From the NCBI GenBank assembly GCA_041494685.1, contig JBGQBE010000002.1:124001-188000 (forward strand): a stretch of DNA of 64,000 nt, in the 5' to 3' direction. The number at the start of each line of letters is the position of its first letter. Positions within the stretch are counted from its first letter, which is position 1. Positions 1 to 10,476 of this stretch are shown here, piece after piece. Under the pieces are notes generated by a model. That model was not told the DNA's origin. It was given only the letters and a program-made list of their open reading frames with translations, and ran no database searches. Both the position numbers and the translations under genes were made by a program. The DNA is from Dehalococcoidia bacterium. Its GTDB lineage: Bacteria > Chloroflexota > Dehalococcoidia > DSTF01 > JACRBR01.

Positions 1-534
1 CGCGCCCTCGCCGCCGCACGCGGCGTCGATCGAGCCGCTGACCGAGCGCGCCTTCAGCGATCCATCGACGTGCGCCAGCTTGATCGACCCGGACATCGTG
101 CCGGCCGACGCCGCGCCGACCGAGCCGGCCGTCACGCTGCCGCTGCCGCTGTTCAGCCGGCAGCGTCCGCGGCACGCCGCCAGCGTCAGCGAGCCGGAAA
201 CGCTGCGCAGGTCCGCTTCGTCCGTACGGTCCACCTCGATTTTGCCGTTCATCGTGGTGACGGAGACGATGCCAAACTCGCCCTCCATGTGCACGGCGCC
301 GGACTGCGTGCCGATCGTGACGTCGGTGCCGATGGGGCAGCGGACGGTGAAGCTCTTATGGCCGTGTCCGTTGCGGACGCGCAGGGTGGCGCCGCCGTCG
401 TCGAACAACGACTCGATCTTGTCGCCCTCCGCCTCCACGTCATCGCGCGGCTCGGCGAAGACCTCGACCCTGCCGGAGCGCGACTGCAGGCGCAGGGTGA
501 CGGCGACGGGTAGTTCGAAGCGGTGGACGCCCAT
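1..534 (-). CDS. DUF4097-like beta-strand repeat protein, 3' end truncated by the window edge
   Basis: Manual translation from ATG at 534 (RBS GGAAGG): MGVHRFELPVAVTLRLQSRSGRVEV..., with repeated xSGSI/SGSV units (TQSGAV, SVSGSL, SGSGSV, TMSGSI, SVSGSI). Frame is open to position 1. Confidence 0.65.
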   Translation of the reverse strand, partial: MGVHRFELPVAVTLRLQSRSGRVEVFAEPRDDVEAEGDKIESLFDDGGATLRVRNGHGHKSFTVRCPIGTDVTIGTQSGAVHMEGEFGIVSVTTMNGKIEVDRTDEADLRSVSGSLTLAACRGRCRLNSGSGSVTAGSVGAASAGTMSGSIKLAHVDGSLKARSVSGSIDAACGGEGA

Positions 535-640
535 GGTATGTCCTTCCCGGGTGGTGGACGCCATTGTCGCGCGATCCGCTCGGCCGGCTCAAGCCGGGAG
601 TGTTGCGGAAATCGCAATCCGGGCGGCGCGAGGCGCGCCG

Positions 641-2122
<1,482 letters not shown>

Positions 2123-2217
2123 GGGGGTAGGTTACAGCGAAGTATGGAGCAGGGAGTAGGGACTGGTCGCTGTTCCCTGGTGATTCGCGACCAGCTGACT
2201 CGCTGACCGGCTGACTG

Positions 2218-2691
2218 TCAGCTGATCTTCGTGATCTTCATGGTGACGACGCCCTTGGGCACGTTCACCTGCACCTCGTCGTTCAGCTTCTTGCCCATCA
2301 GCGCCCGGCCGACCGGCGACTCGTTGCTGATCTTGCCCTCGCGAGGATCCGCCTCGGCCGGGCCGACGATCACGTACTCCTGCGCCTTGCCCTCGCTGGT
2401 CTTCACCTTCACGTGGCTGCCGAGGATGACCATCTTCGACTTGTGCGCGCCGTCTTCGTCGATGATCGCGGCGTTCTGGATCAGGCTCTGGAGCTGCTGG
2501 ATGCGGCCCTCCACCATCGCCTGTTCGTTCTTGGCGTCCTCGTACTCGGCGTTGTTCTGGGTGCTCGCCAGCTCTTTCGCCTGGTGGATCTTGTTGGCCA
2601 CCTCGCGGCGGCGCACCGTCTCCAGGTACTGGAGTTCTTCTTCTATCTTCGCAAGACCGTCACGGGTGATCGGCTGGGCCTTCTCTACCAT
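2218..2691 (-). CDS. greA: Transcription elongation factor GreA
   Basis: NAEYEDAKNEQ, IVGPAEADP and ISNESPVGRALMGK motifs. Start placed at ATG 2691 (MVEKAQPIT). Confidence 0.93.
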   Translation of the reverse strand: MVEKAQPITRDGLAKIEEELQYLETVRRREVANKIHQAKELASTQNNAEYEDAKNEQAMVEGRIQQLQSLIQNAAIIDEDGAHKSKMVILGSHVKVKTSEGKAQEYVIVGPAEADPREGKISNESPVGRALMGKKLNDEVQVNVPKGVVTMKITKIS

Positions 2692-2816
2692 GTGCGTCCT
2701 CCCGATGCCGTGGCGCCGGGCGCGAGTCGCGCCTGCAAGTGCCTGTGCCGCGTTATGTCTGGCTCGTTCAGTGTCGGCGGGGCGGCAGGCCGCCCGCAGG
2801 ATGGGTTCCGGTTGTG

Positions 2817-2849
2817 AAAAAAAGAACTGAGGCACCGGGCCGCCTCAGT
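2817..2849 (-). terminator. Intrinsic terminator in the greA 5' leader (possible attenuator)
   Basis: Minus strand ACTGAGGC-8 nt loop-GCCTCAGT followed by TCTTTTTTT, lying between the predicted promoter and greA. Confidence 0.8.
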
Positions 2850-2865
2850 CGTGAAGTTCGCGCCG

Positions 2866-2895
2866 AGTATAGCCATGCGCGCGTACACCTGTAAA
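2866..2895 (-). promoter_or_regulatory. Sigma70-type promoter for greA
   Basis: Minus strand TTTACA-N18-TATACT. Confidence 0.7.
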
Positions 2896-3135
2896 GATGC
2901 CGGTACGACAAACCTGTTACAACGTCGCGCTGAACGCCGTAGCCGCCGGGGCGCTCTGGTAGAATGGCGGCGCTCCCGCGCGGCCTCGCGGCCTCATGGT
3001 AAGCGGCGATTTGCCCTACCGTAGCGCGAGGGCGACACTGCCTGAGACGGAGCGCCGGGCGCCCCGGCGGCCACACCCACGACCAAGCACCTGGAGGTAT
3101 CCGTCGCCTCCGCCGCAGCGGAAGCGCGATTGCCC

Positions 3136-4800
3136 ATGGCGAGCGAGCAACGGGGTCCTTTCGACCGGATCCTTAAGACCAACGCCGGTGACGAGCCCGG
3201 CCAGCCCGACCGCGCTCCCATCTACATCGTGGGCACGATCGTCGGCCTGGCGCTGTTGCTGCTCGTCCTGTTACTGCCACCGGTGTCGATCCTGAGCCGC
3301 GGCGGCGGCGGCAACTCCGATATCCCCAGCGGCCCCGGCAACGCCGATACCTATACCTCCACCGTGCGCAGCGGCATCCCGAAGTTGCCGGCCGGCCTCA
3401 GCGCCGCCTCGGCCATGTTCGACCTCGCGGCGCCGGTGGACCAGCGCGGCGCGTCGCGCATCACGATCCCGTTGAAGGAGAAGCAGACCGACCAGCGCAA
3501 CCTGGCGCTGTACTCGTACGTCAGCGGGAAATGGCAGCGTCTGGCCGACGTGACGCTCGTCTCCAACGGCACCGCCGCGCGCGCGAGCGTCAGCTCGCTG
3601 CCGGGCAACGTCGCCGTGCTGCGCCGCAGCCACGCGACGATGCAGGTGGCCGGGTCGATCCCCGCCGGAACGACGCTGGACCCGCAGGCGGAGCCGGTGA
3701 TCACGACGCTCCACCCGATCGTCTTCATCCCGGTCAACGACGCCACGATCGTCGGCCTGCCGCCCGCCGTGCCGCCCGCGGGCTACCGCGTCGTTCCGGC
3801 CATCGTGGCGCCCAACCCGGAGACGATCGATACGCTGCTGCGTTCCAGCGACCTGACGAACAAACACGCCGCGAACATCGCCGCGGAGGTGAAGAAGGGC
3901 AATTTCGCGGGCATCGACGTGGACTACCGCAACGTCAACCCGACGCTGAAGGACCGCTTCAGCGCGTTCGTCACAACGCTGGCGAAGGCGCTGCACGAAG
4001 ACGGCCGGACGCTGACGCTGACGCTGCCGCTGCCGGCGAACGACAACGGCACCGTGAACTCGGGCGCGTACGACTGGGAGACGCTGGGCAAGCAGGCAGA
4101 TACGATCGAGCTGGCCGGCGAACTGGATCAGGAGCTGTACTTCCAGAACACCGAGGCCGCGCTCACGTACATCACGGACAAGGTAGACCGCACCAAGGTG
4201 CTGCTCAGCATCAGCTCGCTGAGCATCGAGCGCGGCGGCGACGGCCTGAAGACGATGTCGCTGGACAACGCGCTCGCACGCGCCAGCACCGTCGCGCTGA
4301 AGTCCACCGGCGAGATCACCACCGGCGCGCAGGTGCAACTCGTCGCGAAGAACGTCGCGCCGGGCGAGGGTGCCAGCGGCCTGCACTGGGACGACCAGTC
4401 GCGCTCCGTGACGTTCAGCTACCCCGGCCTCGGCGGCAAGCGCACCGTCTGGATCGCCAACCAATTCAGTGCGGCCTTCCGGCTCGAGTTGGCGCAGCGC
4501 TTCGGCCTCGGCGGCGTCGCGATCAGCGACGTCTCGACCGAGGACGGCGGCGCGGACGTATGGGCGCCGGTGCAGCAGCTTTCGGACGCGGGCAGCCTGA
4601 CGCTGGTCCGCCCCAACGGCGCACTGCTACAGCCCGCCTGGTCCGCCGCCGACGGCACGTTGGACCCGCAGGCCGGCGACACGACAACCTGGACGGCGCC
4701 CGCCAAGGCCGGCACGTACCAGGTCCTGCTCGTGGTCAGTGACGGCGTCATCCGCGCCGGTCAGCAGCTCTCTCTCGACGTCGTAGACAAGCCACAGTAG
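3136..4800 (+). CDS. Membrane-anchored protein with a GH18-like TIM-barrel domain (probably non-catalytic) and a C-terminal Ig/PKD-like domain
   Basis: N-terminal TM helix. GNFAGIDVDYR matches the GH18 DxDxE position; AYDWETLGKQAD and RFGLGGVAI resemble YaaH/YdhD-like proteins. Confidence 0.65.
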   Translation: MASEQRGPFDRILKTNAGDEPGQPDRAPIYIVGTIVGLALLLLVLLLPPVSILSRGGGGNSDIPSGPGNADTYTSTVRSGIPKLPAGLSAASAMFDLAAPVDQRGASRITIPLKEKQTDQRNLALYSYVSGKWQRLADVTLVSNGTAARASVSSLPGNVAVLRRSHATMQVAGSIPAGTTLDPQAEPVITTLHPIVFIPVNDATIVGLPPAVPPAGYRVVPAIVAPNPETIDTLLRSSDLTNKHAANIAAEVKKGNFAGIDVDYRNVNPTLKDRFSAFVTTLAKALHEDGRTLTLTLPLPANDNGTVNSGAYDWETLGKQADTIELAGELDQELYFQNTEAALTYITDKVDRTKVLLSISSLSIERGGDGLKTMSLDNALARASTVALKSTGEITTGAQVQLVAKNVAPGEGASGLHWDDQSRSVTFSYPGLGGKRTVWIANQFSAAFRLELAQRFGLGGVAISDVSTEDGGADVWAPVQQLSDAGSLTLVRPNGALLQPAWSAADGTLDPQAGDTTTWTAPAKAGTYQVLLVVSDGVIRAGQQLSLDVVDKPQ

Positions 4801-4860
4801 CGAGCACGTTGCCCGCGGGCGTAGCGCACGCACACGGCCCGCTCCGGTATGGTGCATGCC

Positions 4861-4890
4861 TTGACAGGAATATGCTCAATAGGCTATATA
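4861..4890 (+). promoter_or_regulatory. Sigma70 promoter with an imperfect ATAT..ATAT operator palindrome, leaderless
   Basis: TTGACA-N18-TATATA, 6 nt upstream of ATG 4897, with no SD sequence. Confidence 0.65.
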
Positions 4891-4896
4891 CAGGGC

Positions 4897-5202
4897 ATGC
4901 CCACAACGTTCGACGTCGTAGCCGAGCCGCACCGCCGCCGCATCCTGGACGCCCTGCGCGGCGGCGAGCACTCTGTCGGCGAGCTGGTCAACGGGCTCGG
5001 CCTCAGCCAGCCCGCCGTCTCCAAGCACCTGCGCGTCCTGCGCGAGGCGGGCCTCGTCGCTGTGCGCGTGGACGCGCAGCACCGCCAGTACCGCCTGCGC
5101 CCGGCGCCGCTCGCCGAGCTGGACGCCTGGCTGGCACCCTACCGCGCATTCTGGGCGGGGCGCCTCGACGCGCTGGAACGGCATCTCGACAAGGAGGAGT
5201 GA
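4897..5202 (+). CDS. ArsR/SmtB family transcriptional regulator
   Basis: AEPHRRRILDAL and SQPAVSKHLRVLREAGLV HTH motifs. Confidence 0.93.
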   Translation: MPTTFDVVAEPHRRRILDALRGGEHSVGELVNGLGLSQPAVSKHLRVLREAGLVAVRVDAQHRQYRLRPAPLAELDAWLAPYRAFWAGRLDALERHLDKEE

Positions 5203-5204
5203 CC

Positions 5205-6176
5205 ATGGACGAGGGGACGATCCTGCAGATCGGAAGCGGTCACGCGCTGCGTTTCGAGCGCCATCTGCCGCATCCGATCGAGAAGGTGTGGGCGGCGCTG
5301 ACCGACCCCGCGCAGTTCGCGCAGTGGCTGGCCTCCGGCGAGATCGACCTGCGCGCGGGCGGGCGCGCGCGCCTGCGACACGCCGACGGCACGTCGATGG
5401 TCGATGGCCGGGTCACCGCCGCCGAGCCGCCCCGCCTGATCGAGTACCACTGGGCGACGCAGGACGGCGACGGCGGCCCCGTGCGCTGGGAGCTGTTCGA
5501 GGAGGACGGCGGCACGCGCCTCGTCTTCACGCACATGCTCGCCGACCCGCTCGCCTACCTGCTCGCGCTGGCCGGCTGGCACACGATCCTCGACTCGCTG
5601 GCATTCTGGTTCGCGGGCGGAGCGCCGGCGGGCCGGCCGACGTGGGAGCAGCTCCACGACGGCTACACGCGCCGCTATGCGAAGATCACGCGGATCGACG
5701 ACGCGAAGGTGCGCGAGACGGCGAACGGCATCGAGGTGCGCTTCGAGCGCTACCTCAACCACCCGGTCGAAAAGGTGTGGGCCGCGCTCACCGACCCGAC
5801 CCGTCTCGCGGAGTGGCTGGCGCCCGGCGAGGTCGAGCTGTGCGCGGGCGGCCGCATTCACCTGCGGTTCGAAAACACCGGCGACGCGCTCGACGGCGAG
5901 ATCCTGGCGGTCGCAGCGCCGACGCTGTTGGAGTACACATGGCACGGCGCGGGCGAAGGGAGCGTGCGGTGGGAGCTCTCGGAGTACGCCATCGGCACGC
6001 GCCTGGTTCTGACGCACACGCTGCCGTCCTCCGCACCGCGAGAGTCGTACCTGGCGGGCTGGCACACGCACCTGGAGCTGCTCGGCTCCACGCTGGAGGG
6101 GCGTCCGCTGCCATGGCCCTGGGAGCGCTGGCAGGAGCTACGCGACTACTACCTCGGTCTCGCCGCACCGCGCTGA
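5205..6176 (+). CDS. Tandem SRPBCC/AHSA1-domain protein
   Basis: Two repeats of LRFERxLxHPxEKVWAALTDP...GTRLVxTH...AGWH. RBS AAGGAGG. Classic ArsR-SRPBCC pairing. Confidence 0.88.
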   Translation: MDEGTILQIGSGHALRFERHLPHPIEKVWAALTDPAQFAQWLASGEIDLRAGGRARLRHADGTSMVDGRVTAAEPPRLIEYHWATQDGDGGPVRWELFEEDGGTRLVFTHMLADPLAYLLALAGWHTILDSLAFWFAGGAPAGRPTWEQLHDGYTRRYAKITRIDDAKVRETANGIEVRFERYLNHPVEKVWAALTDPTRLAEWLAPGEVELCAGGRIHLRFENTGDALDGEILAVAAPTLLEYTWHGAGEGSVRWELSEYAIGTRLVLTHTLPSSAPRESYLAGWHTHLELLGSTLEGRPLPWPWERWQELRDYYLGLAAPR

Positions 6177-6235
6177 CGCCCCCCACGCGCCGTGCCGGCG
6201 TGGCATCATGCGGGCATGCGAAACGGCCGGGCACG

Positions 6236-6808
6236 ATGCGGGTGATCGCGGGGAGCGCGCGCGGGCGCACGATCAAGGGGCCGCCGCGCGTCCGGGCGTC
6301 CGGCAAGCCCGGCATCCGGCCCACGTCCGACATGGTCCGCGGCGCCATCTTCGACATGCTCGACGCCCTCGGCGCGGACTACGGCCGCGTCCTCGACGTC
6401 TACGCCGGCACCGGCGCGCTCGGCATCGAGGCGCTGAGCCGGGGCGACGGTTCGGCGGACTTCGTCGAGAACGACGCGGAGGCGGCGCGGATCGTGGCGG
6501 CGAACCTGGCGCTGCTCGGCCTCGAATCTCGCGGGCAGGTGCACCGCTTGACAGCGGAGCGCGCCCCGGAGCGGCTTTCCGGCCCGTACACCCTCGTCCT
6601 CGCCGACCCGCCATATTACGATGAGGGCGCCCTGGCGGCGGTGCAGGCGATCGCCGCCTCGCCGCTGGTGGACGGGCGGACGGTGTTCGTGTATGAACAC
6701 CCCCGGAGGACCGAACCGCCGCCGTCGCTCGGGCCCCTGCCGCTCTACCGGTCGCGGCGGCACGGCGACACCGTGGTATCCATCTACGCGGAGGAGGAAC
6801 CCTCGTGA
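6236..6808 (+). CDS. rsmD: 16S rRNA m2G966 methyltransferase RsmD
   Basis: MRVIAGSARGR, RPTSD, LDVYAGTGALGIEALSRG, DPPY. Lies upstream of coaD. Confidence 0.92.
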   Translation: MRVIAGSARGRTIKGPPRVRASGKPGIRPTSDMVRGAIFDMLDALGADYGRVLDVYAGTGALGIEALSRGDGSADFVENDAEAARIVAANLALLGLESRGQVHRLTAERAPERLSGPYTLVLADPPYYDEGALAAVQAIAASPLVDGRTVFVYEHPRRTEPPPSLGPLPLYRSRRHGDTVVSIYAEEEPS

Positions 6809-7287
6809 CGATCGCCATGTTCCCGGGACGCTTCGATCCGGTCACCAACGGCCACCGCGACATCGCGCGCCGCGCCGCCCGCATGTTCGAGCATGTGATC
6901 GTCGCCGTCGCCGACCTGAAGGCGAACTACCTCTTCAGCACGCGCGAGCGGGTCGCCCTGCTCCGCGAGGCCGTCGCCGACATGCCGAACATCGAGGTGA
7001 AGCCGTACTCCGGCCTGACGGTGGAGTTCGCGCGCTCGGAAGGTGCGACGGTGATGGTGCGCAGCATGCGCGCCGTGACCGACTTCGAGGCCGAGTTCGA
7101 CATGGCGCTGATGAACAAGAAGATGGCGCCGGGCATCGAATCGGTCTACCTGATGGCCAGCCTGGAGCACCTGTTCATCAGCGGCACGCGTATCCGCGAG
7201 GTGTCGGGACTGGGGTATGATGTGAGCGACCTGGTGCCGCCCCACGTCTGGGCGGCGCTCCAGAAGAAGTACGCGGAGCGCGGCTAG
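6805..7287 (+). CDS. coaD: Phosphopantetheine adenylyltransferase
   Basis: FPGRFDPVTNGH, FSTRERV, RAVTDFEAE motifs. Confidence 0.94.
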   Translation: MTIAMFPGRFDPVTNGHRDIARRAARMFEHVIVAVADLKANYLFSTRERVALLREAVADMPNIEVKPYSGLTVEFARSEGATVMVRSMRAVTDFEAEFDMALMNKKMAPGIESVYLMASLEHLFISGTRIREVSGLGYDVSDLVPPHVWAALQKKYAERG

Positions 7288-7326
7288 CGCGGTCGCACCG
7301 GACAGGCACGCAGGGAGGTGCGCCAC

Positions 7327-7857
7327 ATGGACTCGCTACACCTGATCGACCGGCTCGAGGAGATGGTCGCCGAAGGGCGCCGGATGCCGATCGGCGCGGG
7401 CGTGGTGGTGGACCGCCGCCGCCTGCTGGACATGGTGGACCAGATGCGCGCCGCGCTGCCGAACGAGATCAAGGAGGCGGAGGACATCCTGCGCCGCCGC
7501 GACGAGATCCTGCAGCGGGCGGACGAAGAAGCGAAGATCAAGCTCCGCCGCGCGCAGGAGCAGGTCGACGACATCCTGGACAACGAATCGATCGTCAAGG
7601 CCGCGCAGGCGCGCGCCGAGATGCTGGTGCGCGAGGCCGAGGCGCGCGGCGACCGGATGCTGCTCGACACCGAGAACCAGGCGCGGTCGCGGCTGGCCGA
7701 GGCGGAGAAGCTGGCGAACGAGCAGATGGACGAGGCCGACCGCTACGCCGCCGAGATGCTCCGCCGGCTCGACGAGCAGCTGCAGGTCTTCGCGAAGAAC
7801 GTGCGTACGGCGCTCGACTCGCTCGAGACGCGACCGGTGACCGCTGCGGCGGAGTAG
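7327..7857 (+). CDS. Conserved coiled-coil protein downstream of coaD (SepIVA/DivIVA-like or 'ATP synthase subunit B-like')
   Basis: LIDRLEEMVAEGRRMP...DQMRAALP followed by a long coiled coil. RBS GGAGGT. Confidence 0.7.
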   Translation: MDSLHLIDRLEEMVAEGRRMPIGAGVVVDRRRLLDMVDQMRAALPNEIKEAEDILRRRDEILQRADEEAKIKLRRAQEQVDDILDNESIVKAAQARAEMLVREAEARGDRMLLDTENQARSRLAEAEKLANEQMDEADRYAAEMLRRLDEQLQVFAKNVRTALDSLETRPVTAAAE

Positions 7858-7866
7858 CGTTCGCCG

Positions 7867-8685
7867 CTAGTAGCGCGCGTAGCGCTCCTCCAACATGCGC
7901 AGCAGCATGGGCCGCTCCTCTTCGATCCCTTCGGTCAGGCGCTCCACCACGCGCACGAACAGCCAGCGCTCCACCAGCGCCATGTCCTGCGGCCGCACCC
8001 GGCGGTACGCCCGCAGGTACGCCGCCCGCACGATCCTCCGCGCAACGCGCGCACCCACGCGCACGACGAGCGGCGTGCCCGGCGGCAGCGCGCCGCCGCC
8101 GAGCAGCAGCAGCGTGCGCGCAACGTCGGCGTGCGGGTCGCCGCGCGTCGCGTTCGGCCAGTCGATCACGACGGGCCCGCGCGACGACAGAAGGATGTTG
8201 CCCGGATGGAAGTCGCCGTGCAGCAGCGCGCCGCCATCGGGCATGTCCGCGACCGCGCGCGATGCGGCGGCAGCGATGTGTTGCGGCAGATGCGGCAGTA
8301 CCGCCGCCGCGTGCAGGCCGATCGAGTCCCGCGCCGACATGAGTTCCGGCGGCGCCGCGGCAGCGTGCAGGCGCGCGTGCTGGTCGCCGCAGATCAGGCC
8401 GATCTTCCACACCTGCCACGGCTTGCCGGCGAGCAGGGTCAGCAGGTCCGGGCCGTCGACCCGCTCCATGATCAGCCCGTGACGGCCGTCGATCACCGTC
8501 TCGCCGAGGATCGCCGGCACCGATGGCACGACCGCGCGCGCCGCGATCATCCCACGGCGCTCGTTGTCCAGCGACGCGCTGCTGCGGGCGTCGCGGAACA
8601 GGCGCAGCACGGCGCCGTCTTCCCACGCGTAGATCTCGGCCTCGCGTCCTTCGGCGATGAGCGTGAGGCCGTGCGTCGTCGTCAT
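7867..8685 (-). CDS. Aminoglycoside/choline phosphotransferase (APH) family kinase
   Basis: GREAEIY, LLHGDFHPGNILL and VVIDW motifs. Confidence 0.88.
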   Translation of the reverse strand: MTTTHGLTLIAEGREAEIYAWEDGAVLRLFRDARSSASLDNERRGMIAARAVVPSVPAILGETVIDGRHGLIMERVDGPDLLTLLAGKPWQVWKIGLICGDQHARLHAAAAPPELMSARDSIGLHAAAVLPHLPQHIAAAASRAVADMPDGGALLHGDFHPGNILLSSRGPVVIDWPNATRGDPHADVARTLLLLGGGALPPGTPLVVRVGARVARRIVRAAYLRAYRRVRPQDMALVERWLFVRVVERLTEGIEEERPMLLRMLEERYARY

Positions 8686-8773
8686 GCCGACATCATGGCG
8701 GACGCCGCGCGAACGATGCCAGCGGACGGGGGTGCAGTTTTCGCAGGCTGACGGGCTCAGGCCGTACGCGCGG

Positions 8774-9388
8774 CTACGGCCAGAGCGAACTCCAGCCGCC
8801 GCTCGTCGCGGCCTCGACGTAGAGGCCGGCGGAGTACAACGAGCGGCGGGCACGGCCCCCCGTACGGCGTCGCTGCGGAAGGCGGCGCTCCACGTCGTCA
8901 ACGCGCATCTGCAATGTGCGCACCTGGGTACCGAGCGTCCGCACCTGCGTGCGCAGCTGCCGCGTCTCGGCTCCCCGCGGCGTCGCGCCGACCTGCCGCT
9001 CCAGCGCCTCGATGCGCCGTGTGACTTCGCGCAGGGCGGCGGGGTCGGTCGCGGGTGCGGCAGGCGCGACGGCACGGGCGGGCGGCGGTGCGGCGGCGGC
9101 AGGTCGGACGGGTGCCGGCGCCGGCGCGGCGGCCTGTGCGGGCGGCGGTGCGGCGGCCTGCACCACGACGGGCGACGCGGCCGCCGGCGCGGGCGACGCT
9201 GGAGCCTCGGAGGCGGCGCGCGGCATGATCGGCAGCGCAGGCGGCTCCGGCTCGGCCGCGGCGGCGATGATCATCGGCGGCGCTTCCGGCTCGGGCGCCG
9301 GCGCAGCCGCGGCGGCCGGCGGCGGCGCCGCGGCCACTTTCGACATCATCGCGTCGATCTCTGATTGCGAGAGGACGGAATCGCTCAC
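8774..9388 (-). CDS. Uncharacterised protein: FliM-like N-terminal CheY-P-binding peptide, Pro/Ala linker, coiled coil
   Basis: N-terminus MSDSVLSQSEIDAMM versus E. coli FliM MGDSILSQAEIDALL. GTG start overlaps the TGA of the upstream HD-GYP gene (GTGA). Confidence 0.8.
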   Translation of the reverse strand: MSDSVLSQSEIDAMMSKVAAAPPPAAAAAPAPEPEAPPMIIAAAAEPEPPALPIMPRAASEAPASPAPAAASPVVVQAAAPPPAQAAAPAPAPVRPAAAAPPPARAVAPAAPATDPAALREVTRRIEALERQVGATPRGAETRQLRTQVRTLGTQVRTLQMRVDDVERRLPQRRRTGGRARRSLYSAGLYVEAATSGGWSSLWP

Positions 9389-10458
9389 ACGTCCACCTCA
9401 ACGATGATCTTCTTCTGGTGATCCGGGGCGCTCAGGTCCAGGTCGAACGGCTCCCTGACGGGCACGCCGTTGATCGTCAGCACCCGCACGACCGGCCGGG
9501 CGACGTGACCCGGATTCGGGGCGGAGACCACGCCGCCCTCGCCGCTGCTCAACACCACGGTGATGCCGGCGGGGTACTGCGGTATCTGCCGTGCGAAGAT
9601 CTTCACCAGCTCCGGGTCGAACAGCTCGCCGGAGTAGGCGATGATGAACTCGATTGCCTCGTGTGGGCGCAGCGCCTTGCGGTACGGCCGGCGCGAGCGC
9701 AGCGAGATGTACGTGTCCGCGATGCCGAGGATGCGCGCGTAGAGCGAGATCTCGTGCCCCTTCAGGCCGTTGGGGTAGCCCTTGCCGTCCCAGCGCTCGT
9801 GGTGCTGCGCGATCGCCTCGATCGCGTCCTTCTGCAGGCCGGACGACTTCAGCATCTCGATACTGAGCTGGGGGTGCTTCTTCACCAACTCCCACTCGTC
9901 CTTCTCCAGCGGCCGCGGCTGTTCGAGCAGCCCGGGGCGCAGCGACATGTAGCCGATGTTCATCAGCGCCGCGGCGATGCCGAGCGTGAGCAGCTCGAGC
10001 TTCTCCGCGCCCGCGAGCCGCCCCAGCACCATCGCCAGCTCGGCGACCTTCACGGGGTGGATGTACTGGTACCCCTGGAGCGAGTAGGTACCGGAGATGT
10101 CCGCCTCGCCCATCAGGGTCGGGTACAGACAGCTCACCAGCTTGTTCATGGGCGGCACGAGGCCCATCAGGCCGCCCTTCTGGATGCCCGAGGTCACGCC
10201 CTGGTTCATCACCATCAGGATGTTGAGCGCCTGCGAAGCTTTCGCTTCGAGGTCGGCGGCGAACAGGGTGCCGACGACGATGTCCTCGGTGCGGGAGTCC
10301 TCGACCAGGATCTCCGCGGAGCACGAGCGCGCAAGCAGCGGCAGCTTCTCCTCGGTGAGGGTTTCGCCCTGCGTCAGCACGGGCATCCCCTTCACGTCGT
10401 AGATCGTGGACCGAAGAATCATCCCAACGCGAGCGTTGGCGGCCGGCACGCGTCGCAC
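9385..10458 (-). CDS. HD-GYP domain protein with a degenerate HD motif
   Basis: HHERWDGKGYPNGL and RRPYRKAL are present. The LHDIG position reads LMNIG. Confidence 0.9.
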   Translation of the reverse strand: MRRVPAANARVGMILRSTIYDVKGMPVLTQGETLTEEKLPLLARSCSAEILVEDSRTEDIVVGTLFAADLEAKASQALNILMVMNQGVTSGIQKGGLMGLVPPMNKLVSCLYPTLMGEADISGTYSLQGYQYIHPVKVAELAMVLGRLAGAEKLELLTLGIAAALMNIGYMSLRPGLLEQPRPLEKDEWELVKKHPQLSIEMLKSSGLQKDAIEAIAQHHERWDGKGYPNGLKGHEISLYARILGIADTYISLRSRRPYRKALRPHEAIEFIIAYSGELFDPELVKIFARQIPQYPAGITVVLSSGEGGVVSAPNPGHVARPVVRVLTINGVPVREPFDLDLSAPDHQKKIIVEVDV

Positions 10459-10476
10459 GTTACATCTCTCCTGTGG

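Noticed and set aside
8774..9388. Calling this gene fliM or fliY
   Set aside because: Only the first ~15 residues match. The CheC-like and SpoA/FliN domains are absent.
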